DNA of 64,000 nt from a virus: positions 1 through 64,000 of the IMG/VR virus record IMGVR_UViG_3300014613_000018; one strand, written 5' to 3'. Position numbers and translations under genes: made by a program. Within the stretch, counting starts at the first letter, position 1. Every line of letters begins with the position of its first letter. Below the pieces are notes generated by a model that saw only the letters and a list, made by a program, of their open reading frames with translations, ran no database searches and was not told the DNA's origin. Below, one piece after another: positions 1-10,071 of the stretch.

Positions 1-340
1 AACCATCATCCCATCTCCAATAATGCACCGTTCCATCTTCCTCTATATCCTTGTGTACAATATCCCTATCACCACTCACGCCTGTAAGCACGAAACCCAG
101 CGTATCAGCCGCCGCTGAACTGGCATAGTAGCTGTACGAGGTTGCGGAGGGGGAGGTGAACCTTGTACCATAAATATAAGTACCTCTAATTTTACTTGTA
201 ACTAAGGTATCACCATGCATATCAATTGTTCCAGTAGGTGCTACTCCAAATTTAACCCAACTTGGCACACCATTTTGCCAACCAAAATCTACTCCAAAAC
301 TTATTCCTACTAAAAGTAATAGTATAATTATTTTCTTCAT
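1..340 (-). CDS. Signal-peptide-bearing tail-module protein, runs off the window edge (not in ORF track)
   Basis: ATG at 340; manual translation MKKIIILLLLVGISFGVDFGWQNGVPSW...SPSATSYSYYASSAAADTLGFVLTGVSGDRDIVHKDIEEDGTVHYWRWDDG, open to position 1; segment paralogous to 3945..5030. Confidence 0.8.
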   Translation of the reverse strand, partial: MKKIIILLLLVGISFGVDFGWQNGVPSWVKFGVAPTGTIDMHGDTLVTSKIRGTYIYGTRFTSPSATSYSYYASSAAADTLGFVLTGVSGDRDIVHKDIEEDGTVHYWRWDDG

Positions 341-349
341 TTCACAACC

Positions 350-799
350 CTAGTATGTAAACACAATATCAAATGTAGTAGCTGCTGCACTTGCTATGTA
401 CCATAAATCTACTTCAGCACACATAGGCACACTAAAACTACAATGTGGATAAATAGTTACATAAGGCCCTCCTGTTGCAATACCTACATACAAAGTTTCA
501 GCAGCACTGGTATTCAACACACTAAATGATAATGCAGTATTACCACCAAACGCATAACTTAATTCTACTAAACCAGCTGTTAAATTATTTATTGCTAATG
601 TAGGTGCTGTACTTGCACTTGGAGCTACACTTGCAATAACATAACCATCTGTAGTAAGTTTCACCCATTTAATGTTAGTAGTACCATCTTCAACACCAAT
701 GATAACATGCTCACCACCATTATTCCTTAAAGATTCACCATCAGATAACGCAAAACTTACACTAGCAACAAGTAACAATATTCCTATCAGCTTTTTCAA
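350..799 (-). CDS. Hypothetical beta-rich protein with Sec-type signal peptide
   Basis: TTG start after GAAAGGAG; N-terminus MKKLIGILLLVASVSFA. Confidence 0.7.
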   Translation of the reverse strand: MKKLIGILLLVASVSFALSDGESLRNNGGEHVIIGVEDGTTNIKWVKLTTDGYVIASVAPSASTAPTLAINNLTAGLVELSYAFGGNTALSFSVLNTSAAETLYVGIATGGPYVTIYPHCSFSVPMCAEVDLWYIASAAATTFDIVFTY

Positions 800-832
800 A
801 GTAAACTCCTTTCAAGTATATAAACTACACTT

Positions 833-842
833 TAATATACAA
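833..842 (-). promoter_or_regulatory. Putative late promoter motif TTGTATATTA
   Basis: Same or similar motif in the intergenic gaps upstream of 16552 and 28133. Confidence 0.45.
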
Positions 843-857
843 ATTTTTTAATTTTTA

Positions 858-1460
858 CTACCGTGGCTTGATTCCCGACAAGTATTCAAAGCTTTTAGAC
901 TCTTCATCTAAATCTCTAATGTAAGCCTTATTTATATTACTATCATCTGTTAACATTGGTTGCGTTACATTTGCGTAGTCACCATAGTCATCAGACATAT
1001 ATGTAGTAAATACTAGCTGAGCACCAAATAAATCTAATGGTACGGCAATGTTAGATACTTTAACCTCTATGTAAACATTTCCTTCTCTAAAACTTTTGAA
1101 ATATGCTTTAATAGTATCTTCTAAATCAATAGTATAATTACCATGAACTAAGACTTCTCTAGTACATTCTTCATAAGCATTAGAACCTATGTTGAAATTA
1201 ACACAGAAACTATCAGGAGCACCTGCAAAGGTAGCAGTAATAATTAGCTCTGCTTTAACAGCATACATAATCTCAATAGGATTAATAACTACCTTAGCCC
1301 CTACAGCACGATAGCTTGAAGTAGTATACCTAGCGTCTCCTGCAAATAGTGTGTATCTCTTTGTTTGCCAATAAGCATGTGAATGATGCATAAGGCTACT
1401 AGGCTCGGCTGACTGTCTGAGATTATTTCTTCGCTGTAATCTTCTACTGTCAATTTTCAT
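858..1460 (-). CDS. Hypothetical tail-module protein
   Basis: 200-aa ORF directly downstream of the fibre gene. Confidence 0.6.
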   Translation of the reverse strand: MKIDSRRLQRRNNLRQSAEPSSLMHHSHAYWQTKRYTLFAGDARYTTSSYRAVGAKVVINPIEIMYAVKAELIITATFAGAPDSFCVNFNIGSNAYEECTREVLVHGNYTIDLEDTIKAYFKSFREGNVYIEVKVSNIAVPLDLFGAQLVFTTYMSDDYGDYANVTQPMLTDDSNINKAYIRDLDEESKSFEYLSGIKPR

Positions 1461-1469
1461 AAATACTCA

Positions 1470-3929
1470 TTAATTATAAATGAAATCGACTGTGTGGACA
1501 GAATTTGTGTCAACAGAACCAATTACTAAAGTGGTATTGGCATCGTTGGCTCTTCGATAGTCTGTTCTATTCATCATTAAATTAATTGCTCCTGAAGCAG
1601 CTACCGAATACCCTGTAGTACACCCATTCACATCTATTTTGCTACCATCAATTCTTCTCATGCTTGTAGAAGGAGAATCAAAATAAATCGCAGTGCCGTC
1701 TACAGCATTATACAAGCACACATTACAGTTCTCTATAAATATATCAGCATACCCACCAAAATATAACACATTTGCTGTACCATAATTAATAAAATTACAA
1801 TTCTTAGCAAAGAAATAATGCCCTCCCCCTGCTGTAGCGTCTAAGTCTACTAAGGGATTGGCGGCCTCGCTACTAATTATTTCACAATTAGTAAATCCTA
1901 CACAAGCATAAGGTACTGCTGTTTTAGTAGAGTAAACTCTGCCTGTAATTAATAAATCTTTAAATTCAACTTGTGCTGCCTTTGTAGTTAGGGGTGAAGA
2001 TAACGGAATATCCATTGCAGCAACATTACTTACATCAATATCATCTAAAATAAAACAATCGGCACCAAACCCTTGCACAACAATTTTAGTATAAGCATAT
2101 GTACTATATAAGTCAGGAAAAGTTACGGTTCCTCCTGAATCATTGTGGTCTGGACAAATTAAAATTGTAGCTAAATCTGGAGGATTAGCGGCTATAGCAT
2201 CTAGAGCACCTTGAAAAGTTGAATAAAAGCCTCCTTGATTACTAACTACGTATACATCGGCTAGTGCAAATCCTTGTGATTCTACCAAAGCCCAAGCCTT
2301 ATACAGACTCCCGTAACGCTCTGTAATAGATAACATGTCACCAATCAAGCCCCCATGAGAAGCCGATGAGTCATTATGTGTTTCCGCAGACAATTGTGCA
2401 GAATTAGCTAAACTAATAGTATCTTCACTACTTAATGTTTGATAAATACCATTAGCATCAAACCCTCTAATTCTAATATATGGTCTTCCACTCTCTTTCC
2501 ACGGAATGCTAACTGTACCTACACTACCATTATAAGTACCATACTCTGTTCCCGGTGTACAAGTAGGATAACTACCTTCATTTATCCATATTCCATAACC
2601 TTCACAACTAGCCGGTAATCCTGAAACTGTAACATCTACTCCTACAAATCCTGCTGTATCTGTTAACACAAATGTTGGCCCTGCTACTGCTACTCCTATC
2701 GCACTTGTAGTACCACCAACTACTGCATCTACTCTACTACTCCAGCTACTAACATTACCTGCATAATCTACTGCTCTTACAAACACACCATAAGGTACAC
2801 CTAAAGTTTGATTTCTTAATCTAAATGTTACACCTAAAGGCACGCTCATTCCACCTGCATCTGAATTAGCATAAACAGGTACGGTAAACTGATCTGTAGT
2901 AATTGCACCACCGGGAGTAGCTAACCTTACAAACTTAAATTCATAAAAATTAGTATCAATCTCATTGTTCAAATCACAAGTAGCTTCTAAATATCCATTA
3001 AGAGGCATTTGTGTAGTAGCTCTTTCAACTGTACCTGTAACATAGCCTAACTCACTACCTGTAGTAAGTGCTAATCCTGTAGGTGTTGAAGGTGCTTCAG
3101 TGTCACCATAAATCCTCATTATTTTCTGAATATCATTAGCTTCAGGCCACATGTAAGTAAAGGTTCCTGCTACTGCATTGATAACCTTACCTACAATAAT
3201 GTAACTAACTAATGGTGAAGTAGTATTATCAGGAAATGCTGCACCTGCAAGTAAAGTATAAGTTCTATTATGCATAATTGGTGAATTAGGATCATAGTTA
3301 CCATCATTAATCCTAGTACCAATTTCACTATCAGTTAAATATGTTACTTCAGCAGTTTCAACTTTTAGGTATAAATAATCATCGTCACTTGTACCTGCAA
3401 CAGTTTTAGCAATAGTAAAATCCTCAAACTCACCAAGTAAGTTCCATTTACCTACATTTAATCTAAAGGAACTTGCTACAGGCGCATCTATTAAACCTCC
3501 AAGTAACCGCATACCTTGTGCTACCCAAACTTCACTTACATCTGCTGCCACTGCTGTACTTGAAAACACTACATCTAGTCCACTTGTGCCTACAGTATTC
3601 CAAGTCATATCATCTGAAGTTACAGCTATAGAACCACTAAATGCACCACTGTTTTTCTTCCATTTAACATGGGTAGCATCTATCATCTCTAATGTTATTA
3701 CTTGACCTTCAACTAAATCATTATTAGCTTTAACCTTTAACACTGGAGCGTTTGTCATAGCTTGAATTTTTAATTGATAGCCTTGTAAAAATTTAGCCAT
3801 TTCTCTACGGTCATAATTGTTAATGTCCTGAATCCAGTTAATATCATCAGGGTTAACTAAACCGCCTTGTTGTATATCTACTTCCTTGTACAGATTAGTT
3901 TCATCAAAGAAGTCACTGATTTCAGGCAT
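1470..3929 (-). CDS. Tail fibre/spike-like protein with Fn3-like domain and C-terminal pectin-lyase-like beta-helix
   Basis: APSTPTGLAL...YGVFVRAVDYAGNVSSWS Fn3 signature; YSTFQGALDAI followed by FTNCEI/AKNCNF/IENCNV repeats; position after baseplate. Confidence 0.65.
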   Translation of the reverse strand: MPEISDFFDETNLYKEVDIQQGGLVNPDDINWIQDINNYDRREMAKFLQGYQLKIQAMTNAPVLKVKANNDLVEGQVITLEMIDATHVKWKKNSGAFSGSIAVTSDDMTWNTVGTSGLDVVFSSTAVAADVSEVWVAQGMRLLGGLIDAPVASSFRLNVGKWNLLGEFEDFTIAKTVAGTSDDDYLYLKVETAEVTYLTDSEIGTRINDGNYDPNSPIMHNRTYTLLAGAAFPDNTTSPLVSYIIVGKVINAVAGTFTYMWPEANDIQKIMRIYGDTEAPSTPTGLALTTGSELGYVTGTVERATTQMPLNGYLEATCDLNNEIDTNFYEFKFVRLATPGGAITTDQFTVPVYANSDAGGMSVPLGVTFRLRNQTLGVPYGVFVRAVDYAGNVSSWSSRVDAVVGGTTSAIGVAVAGPTFVLTDTAGFVGVDVTVSGLPASCEGYGIWINEGSYPTCTPGTEYGTYNGSVGTVSIPWKESGRPYIRIRGFDANGIYQTLSSEDTISLANSAQLSAETHNDSSASHGGLIGDMLSITERYGSLYKAWALVESQGFALADVYVVSNQGGFYSTFQGALDAIAANPPDLATILICPDHNDSGGTVTFPDLYSTYAYTKIVVQGFGADCFILDDIDVSNVAAMDIPLSSPLTTKAAQVEFKDLLITGRVYSTKTAVPYACVGFTNCEIISSEAANPLVDLDATAGGGHYFFAKNCNFINYGTANVLYFGGYADIFIENCNVCLYNAVDGTAIYFDSPSTSMRRIDGSKIDVNGCTTGYSVAASGAINLMMNRTDYRRANDANTTLVIGSVDTNSVHTVDFIYN

Positions 3930-3944
3930 CTATATTTCCTTTCT

Positions 3945-5030
3945 TTAATTTGCACTTCTGGTAAGTTCCAGATAATTATTGTCGGCTCTAACAAGCAAAG
4001 TAAGTGTGGCATCTACAGCAGCAGTCCAATTACCTGTAAGATAAAAGTTTCCACCATCTGTAATTGTGGAAGAATTAGTATTTGAACCTCCTACTAAGTA
4101 TACTATTTGTCCTGCAATAGGGTTGTCTAAATCTGTTATTTCTGTAGCACCTGTATTTGCAGAAGTAGTAACAACATTTCCACCTGCAACACTAGGGGTT
4201 GCGTCACCATCTGCTATTGTCATTGGGGTATAGTACATTTGTGAGTTCATGTTGGTTAAATCTAAATCCCCAGTTTCACCTAATTTAATCAAACCACCCC
4301 CTGAAGTGTTGGGGTCAATTTCCACATCATCAACCGAGGCAAGAATCAGGTCATCTGTCAGGCTAATGACTCGCAAATCAGTGGCGTTGACCGCTGCTAG
4401 CTGCCCTACTCCTGCGCCAACAGTGAGCCTTCCTGCCGAATACACCTCAGCATCAAAATACCACACGCCAAGAGCATCATCCCATGACCATGTATGGACA
4501 GTTCCGTCTTCCTCAACCATCTTGAGCACAATATCCCTATCACCACTCACTCCCGTCAACCTGAACCCCAGCGTATCAGCCACCGCAGAACTGGCGAAGT
4601 ACTGATAGCTGGTGGCGGAAGGGGAGGCAAATTTAGGTGAAGATATATTGACCCCAAAGAGTCCGTGATCAGATTCTACACTGTCTGATGAAAAATAGCC
4701 AGAAATTACCATGTTAGTTCCAGTAATATGATCAGATTGTAATGAATCTACATCTACATAAGCACTCACACCCAGCAAATTAACATCTAACTTAATGTGG
4801 TCTACATCTATACTATCCCCAGCTAAATTAGTAAACCCTGCATTAGTAAAAGTAGAAGTTGTTGCTGTTAAATTCTCTATATAAGCATACCCTGCTGTCT
4901 GTGGGCTACCCTTAAAACTAGTTCCTACTCTCAAACTAGTTGCATAATAATCATATCCCCAACTAGGAGGAAACTGACCTAAACTAACTCCTACCACAAC
5001 AAACAAGATTCCTATAATTAGTTTATTCAT
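3945..5030 (-). CDS. Fibre-like protein with signal peptide and tailspike-type C-terminal domain
   Basis: MNKLIIGILFVVVGVSLG N-terminus; C-terminal DATPSV...GQIV...TLTL...LELTRSAN pattern typical of fibre tips. Confidence 0.55.
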   Translation of the reverse strand: MNKLIIGILFVVVGVSLGQFPPSWGYDYYATSLRVGTSFKGSPQTAGYAYIENLTATTSTFTNAGFTNLAGDSIDVDHIKLDVNLLGVSAYVDVDSLQSDHITGTNMVISGYFSSDSVESDHGLFGVNISSPKFASPSATSYQYFASSAVADTLGFRLTGVSGDRDIVLKMVEEDGTVHTWSWDDALGVWYFDAEVYSAGRLTVGAGVGQLAAVNATDLRVISLTDDLILASVDDVEIDPNTSGGGLIKLGETGDLDLTNMNSQMYYTPMTIADGDATPSVAGGNVVTTSANTGATEITDLDNPIAGQIVYLVGGSNTNSSTITDGGNFYLTGNWTAAVDATLTLLVRADNNYLELTRSAN

Positions 5031-5039
5031 TTTATCCTC

Positions 5040-5543
5040 CTATAATCCACTATCAGCTTCAGTAATTGTCCAGTGTTCAGTAGCAATAATTATCTGCCCC
5101 GCTGTAATACCACCACCACTATTATCATAATTCAATGTTACACTTTCAGCAGGACTTGTGCTATTCCTTAAATAAATTGGAGGCTTAAACTTAATAACTA
5201 CTTTATAGTAGTTAACTGCTCCTATTGTTAACATTTCAAACATTTCAGCATCACCTAATGCTATCAATCCTGCAATATCATCAGCAGCTACTCCAGCAGA
5301 AGTCACTACTAAAGATTGTGTACTTCCATAAGCTGCAATATCTACATTTACAGAATCACCACTGGTCATTGCAAAATCGTCACTTATTAGTAATTTAATG
5401 TAACTAACAAAATCTGCCTCATCAGTAGTAGGCTGTATCAATACATCTGTAATACTGCCTGTTTTCCATGTTTCTTGTGCAACAACTGCCTCACCTCTAG
5501 GCATATTGTAATGATAGTAACCTTGTACTGTTGTGTCTGCCAT
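5040..5543 (-). CDS. Hypothetical virion protein
   Basis: 167-aa ORF tightly packed in the tail operon. Confidence 0.55.
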   Translation of the reverse strand: MADTTVQGYYHYNMPRGEAVVAQETWKTGSITDVLIQPTTDEADFVSYIKLLISDDFAMTSGDSVNVDIAAYGSTQSLVVTSAGVAADDIAGLIALGDAEMFEMLTIGAVNYYKVVIKFKPPIYLRNSTSPAESVTLNYDNSGGGITAGQIIIATEHWTITEADSGL

Positions 5544-5546
5544 TAT

Positions 5547-7067
5547 TTACCAAATCCTTTCATGTTTCAACCCTCCCATGTCCATTGCAATCTCTAATGG
5601 TAAATGGGCTGTACCTATTATTGTATAATTACTCATAACCAACCATTCAGTTACGAGGTACTCAAAAAACTCTAATTTATCTGAATCTCCATCACCATTC
5701 AATATCGTAATTGTCACACTACCATCATTTTCATCTAAATCATAATAGTAACAATTCCTATCAGTATCAGTACCAAAACTTCTCAATCTATCAATGTGCT
5801 CAAAGTATTTTACACTTTCAACTAAATAGCATCTTCCACTGGATATTCTAAAAGTATCAACATTACCTCTAAATTCTTGTACTCCAGTTTTATCACCTAT
5901 TATCCAAGGGTCTCCCATGTCTACAGTATCTAAATCAAATAAGATGCTACTTCCAATTATATCACTGTCAGATACTAATGCCATTGTAGGTCTATTAAAT
6001 ATTAAGCTCAAGTAGTTCCATTGATTCTCTAATATACAATCTTCAAATGTATAATTAACGGTTGTAGTACCATCACTCATTGCTACATTCAAATCTGTAG
6101 CATTAGGTCTAGTTAATACTAACATAGTACCCTTATATAACAGTGTTTGTGGTGTTGCTGCACCTGTAGCAGGTTTAATGAAAATATCTAATCGCCAAGA
6201 TGATTTTCCATGTAAATTAGACTTGCTGATTGCAGTAGCAGCAGTCTCAAGGTAAGTATGTACTGCACCAATTTCAACACTTAAATCCTTACGAAACATA
6301 CTATCAGTATCCCACATTGCAGCATTAGGTAAAGTAAAACTATTACCACCAACAATCTCATTAGCAACACTTGTTCCACTACCTTCAGTAAACTTCCAAT
6401 AGGCTATAGTTTTATCATCAATCTCCATTTCAGTAGGAGGTTTATACCAATGATAATTCCTGTTACCCCACACTGCATTAACTTTAGCCCTGTCTATTTC
6501 AACATCTACTTCATAACCTAATGTGTGATAAACCATAAACTTAAAAGCATTTAATGTGCCTCTTAAACTCAACACATTAGCAGCTTGCATGGCTAACATT
6601 CTAAGTGTATCTTCACCCACATCAGTATTACATTCAATACCATTATTACTACAGATATATTCTAAAAATAAATATGGTGCTCTTGTAGGGTCAACTATTC
6701 CATGTACTTTAACAAGACCATCCTTGATAGGCTTAAACATGCCATTCTCTAAAATCTCCATAATAGCATCGGCTAGTCCATCAGGGTCATTCTTCTCAGA
6801 CTTCAATGATACGGGTGAAATATCCTTAAACCTTACTCCATAGTAATTATCAATATCAATATCTGCATCATGGGAAAAGTCAATTCCAGTACAGCCAGTT
6901 AAAGTAAATGTAGTAGTGCCAACAGTAATACCAGTGTAAGTAAACTTATCGTTCCCAATATATGCATCGCCACCTCCTACGAGAAAATTATCCTGTGCAC
7001 CTATCGGGGTAACTTCTACACTTGTAGCACCTTTTAACACAGCATTTACAAGTCTGCCTTGCATCAT
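5547..7067 (-). CDS. Baseplate wedge / P2 tail protein I-like with LamG (ConA-like) domain
   Basis: DPTRAPYLFLEY...LRGTLNAFK P2-I pattern; IAYWKFTEGSG...NQWNYL...FRGNVDTFRIS LamG pattern; follows baseplate J. Confidence 0.7.
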   Translation of the reverse strand: MMQGRLVNAVLKGATSVEVTPIGAQDNFLVGGGDAYIGNDKFTYTGITVGTTTFTLTGCTGIDFSHDADIDIDNYYGVRFKDISPVSLKSEKNDPDGLADAIMEILENGMFKPIKDGLVKVHGIVDPTRAPYLFLEYICSNNGIECNTDVGEDTLRMLAMQAANVLSLRGTLNAFKFMVYHTLGYEVDVEIDRAKVNAVWGNRNYHWYKPPTEMEIDDKTIAYWKFTEGSGTSVANEIVGGNSFTLPNAAMWDTDSMFRKDLSVEIGAVHTYLETAATAISKSNLHGKSSWRLDIFIKPATGAATPQTLLYKGTMLVLTRPNATDLNVAMSDGTTTVNYTFEDCILENQWNYLSLIFNRPTMALVSDSDIIGSSILFDLDTVDMGDPWIIGDKTGVQEFRGNVDTFRISSGRCYLVESVKYFEHIDRLRSFGTDTDRNCYYYDLDENDGSVTITILNGDGDSDKLEFFEYLVTEWLVMSNYTIIGTAHLPLEIAMDMGGLKHERIW

Positions 7068-7068
7068 G

Positions 7069-8787
7069 CTAAATCATCACCCTAGCAGTTTTTGTAATTC
7101 CACTTGCACCTTCAGGAGCACCTAATTCACCTGCGGGAATTAATGCACTTATACCTTTTCGTGTAACTACAATGTTACCTATCTGTGCAATTTCAGTCTC
7201 ACCTAATTGAATATTATCGTCACCTGTAGCATCAGTACTACGCTTAAACACGGTAATTTCAACATCTCCTACAAGGCTTCTATTCTGCAAATCAAATATA
7301 TCAGCTTCAAGTAAATTCTTTTTTAGTAAATTTCCCCAACCATTCAAGTAATACAAACTCTGATCATCCTTTTTCAAGGGGTCTAAGTAATCCTGAATAG
7401 TCTCAATCACTATATCCTTAACATCATTAGTAAAATTTCTTCCCGGTGCTGGTGCAACTTGACAATTCACATCCACATACACATATTCGGGATTCAATAT
7501 ATTCAAAGTGTGCATAGCATTTTTCCTATTTGCCATATACTCTAAAATATCCTCTTTTAATCCTTCAGAAGGAATACCACCATCAGCAGGTACAACTTGT
7601 ATAGCTACTGTATTATAACTAACTACAGCCTTAGTTCTTGCTACTCCAGGTACTAATGAAGTTAAATAATCATAATCTAACAATGAATTAGCACTACTCT
7701 TAATCCTGTTATTCCTTATAGCATTAACTTTAGCTTGTCTATTTGTTTCTCTATCTTGACCATAAGTATAACTTGTAGAGTATGTTACTTCATCTCCTGC
7801 TGAATGTGGATTCTCTAAACCTGTTACACTCTGAAACACATTGCCTACTATTGAAGTATAAGTAAAACTGTCACCATCTATATATGCAACTCCGCTATCA
7901 TTAAATGAACTTATACTACCATCATCTACTACTTCTATTGTAGTATCAGTAATACTAACATTCTCTAGTAACTCAGCCTTACTAGGAGCTTCATTAGTAA
8001 CGCTTGTAACATGTGAATACCTTTTAACAAAACTTAATTCACCGGGAGCTACATTGCCTTGAGCACCATCACACAATCTATAAGCTACTGTACAAATTGA
8101 TCCGTTTGGAGGTCTTTTACCAAACACACCATTGCCTGTGTAAATTGTAGGCTGTCCTACATAATCATATTCTACAACATAGTGTAGTGAATCTGCACCA
8201 CTATTAACAAAGTCACTTACCTCTGTCCAAGTATCATTACCTACTCCAAACAACACACCACCATAAGCTACTGGATAATCTGGAACTACAAATGTTTGAT
8301 AACTTGTACCATCCCCTGTATAGGATGTATATTTAGTCTCACCTTGTAATGCATACGCATACTTACTTCCTGCACCTGTAAATACTGCCTCACTTAACAG
8401 TTCAAACTTAATCTTTGTACCTTCATCTATGGTTTTCTCTAATACTGCTCTTGCAGGAATAGTTTGAGCACCATTAGTTGTAATTAGAACTTTAATCCTA
8501 GATGCTATACTTCCTCTAACCTTGTAGCCTAACTGTCTGCAAGAAGCATGAACAGCTTCATCATTTACAGCATAAATAACAAAATTCTGTGAAATCTTTG
8601 AATCTGCTTGCTGACTAACTAATGAGCCTAATTCGCTTGCAATTTTAAGTAATGCTATTCCAACATCTGAAGGGCTTTCAGAAGTCCAAGTTAATCCAGC
8701 AGTTACTAATTCTCGCTTCTTTGCTATCTGTAAGTCGTATAAAGTTTTTGCATCGTAAGGCAAGTAGCTCAAGAACTCAGTTGCCAT
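7069..8787 (-). CDS. Baseplate J / gp6-like wedge protein
   Basis: WTSESPSDVGIALL, LGYK, GNGVFGKRPP, GAQGNV, DYDYL..VPGVAR motifs; follows gp25. Confidence 0.85.
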   Translation of the reverse strand: MATEFLSYLPYDAKTLYDLQIAKKRELVTAGLTWTSESPSDVGIALLKIASELGSLVSQQADSKISQNFVIYAVNDEAVHASCRQLGYKVRGSIASRIKVLITTNGAQTIPARAVLEKTIDEGTKIKFELLSEAVFTGAGSKYAYALQGETKYTSYTGDGTSYQTFVVPDYPVAYGGVLFGVGNDTWTEVSDFVNSGADSLHYVVEYDYVGQPTIYTGNGVFGKRPPNGSICTVAYRLCDGAQGNVAPGELSFVKRYSHVTSVTNEAPSKAELLENVSITDTTIEVVDDGSISSFNDSGVAYIDGDSFTYTSIVGNVFQSVTGLENPHSAGDEVTYSTSYTYGQDRETNRQAKVNAIRNNRIKSSANSLLDYDYLTSLVPGVARTKAVVSYNTVAIQVVPADGGIPSEGLKEDILEYMANRKNAMHTLNILNPEYVYVDVNCQVAPAPGRNFTNDVKDIVIETIQDYLDPLKKDDQSLYYLNGWGNLLKKNLLEADIFDLQNRSLVGDVEITVFKRSTDATGDDNIQLGETEIAQIGNIVVTRKGISALIPAGELGAPEGASGITKTARVMI

Positions 8788-8788
8788 T

Positions 8789-9229
8789 CTACTCCTTTCC
8801 TACAGGAAGCAAAGTATATTGTTCTACTGAAGTGCTTACTACTCGATATTGTGCTAAAATCACTACTTTAGAATTAGTAGTATCATTTACATCCTTACCA
8901 GCAGTAACCCTTAAATCAGCAATTCTAGGCTCCCAATTTTCAATTCCCTGCTTTAACCATTCTTCATGTAAAGCTAATTTATCTCCACTAAAAACTGTAA
9001 ATAACATTTTAGGTAAATTGGAACCAAATGAAGGTGTTCCATATAAATCTCCTCTATTATAAGTTGCAATATGAAAGATACTTGATTTAACACTATCCTC
9101 ACCTTTTGCAACCTTTGTACCTCCTGAAGTTGTAACCCTTAATGGAAAAGCAAAACCGGAACCTAATAACTCTTCATCAGACTCAGGGTTAATTTCTCTT
9201 AATCGCTCATATTCAATAGATTTAGACAT
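8789..9229 (-). CDS. GPW/gp25 baseplate protein
   Basis: GSGFAFP, PSFGSNL, IENWEPRI motifs. Confidence 0.85.
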   Translation of the reverse strand: MSKSIEYERLREINPESDEELLGSGFAFPLRVTTSGGTKVAKGEDSVKSSIFHIATYNRGDLYGTPSFGSNLPKMLFTVFSGDKLALHEEWLKQGIENWEPRIADLRVTAGKDVNDTTNSKVVILAQYRVVSTSVEQYTLLPVGKE

Positions 9230-9441
9230 TATTGAATAACTCCTTCGGAATGCAGGGGTGGGTGGCTACCTGAGTGAGTACAACCCCCACCAATAGTATC
9301 TACTTTAACTTTACCACCTTTTACATAAGCATCTATTGCGTCTGCCATTGCACTACAAATCTGTGCTACACTATCTTCACCTTGAGTTGCACTTCTAAAA
9401 GCACCCTCTAAAGCACTTGCTAATGCTGCTTTATTTAACAT
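9229..9441 (-). CDS. Small baseplate/spike-associated protein
   Basis: 70 aa between spike and gp25; ADAIDAYVK helix, CTHSGSH. Confidence 0.55.
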   Translation of the reverse strand: MLNKAALASALEGAFRSATQGEDSVAQICSAMADAIDAYVKGGKVKVDTIGGGCTHSGSHPPLHSEGVIQ

Positions 9442-9453
9442 TATTTCCTTTCA

Positions 9454-10071
9454 TTATTCTGCTGCCTTAACTGTATTTGAACAAGTATGTGGTTTTCCGC
9501 TAAAAGGACAAAGATGTAAAGGAGAACCTGTAACCACACCATACACAGAAGCATCTGAATTTATATCAGTTTCCATGTGAATATTACATTTAATTCCATA
9601 GAGATGCATCGTTCCGTCCTGTTGTAATAGCAACATGCCACCATCAGTTTCAAAGCTGCAACTTCCCTCATTATCATTATATTTTACCTTGATCCCACTT
9701 ACAGTAACTTTACCATTTATATTAGGGTCTGTAAAATCTTCTGGAATTGTAGAATTAGCACTTCTAGGAGCACCAAAATATTCGCCTACATCGGGGTTTC
9801 CATCTCGCAATCTAAAAGATACTTCTGAACCTACTCTAGGTGTATCTACCGTACCTATTCCACTACCACCGGAACTTGCTTGATCTGTTAACCACGGGCT
9901 TTCACCATCTTCACCATAAACATCAGGACAACTAACCTTAATCCTATTCCTACTTTCAGGGTCGCCTTCATTTACAGTTACTACACCGACAAGCTCTTTA
10001 TTGGCAAATCTTAACTGACTCTCTAATCTTCGTAATCTTCGTTCAATATCTGCAATGTAACTATTAGTCAT
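9454..10071 (-). CDS. Baseplate spike, gp5/gpV OB-fold
   Basis: GVVT...DPESRNRIKV..P...SPW...PRVGSEV..GNPD motif; ATG at 10071 preferred over GTG at 10089. Confidence 0.85.
   Translation of the reverse strand: MTNSYIADIERRLRRLESQLRFANKELVGVVTVNEGDPESRNRIKVSCPDVYGEDGESPWLTDQASSGGSGIGTVDTPRVGSEVSFRLRDGNPDVGEYFGAPRSANSTIPEDFTDPNINGKVTVSGIKVKYNDNEGSCSFETDGGMLLLQQDGTMHLYGIKCNIHMETDINSDASVYGVVTGSPLHLCPFSGKPHTCSNTVKAAE

Noticed and set aside
2-4632. Diversity-generating retroelement TR/VR pair
   Set aside because: Differences between the copies are spread over all bases and many are synonymous, not adenine-specific; both copies are coding; no reverse transcriptase in the window.
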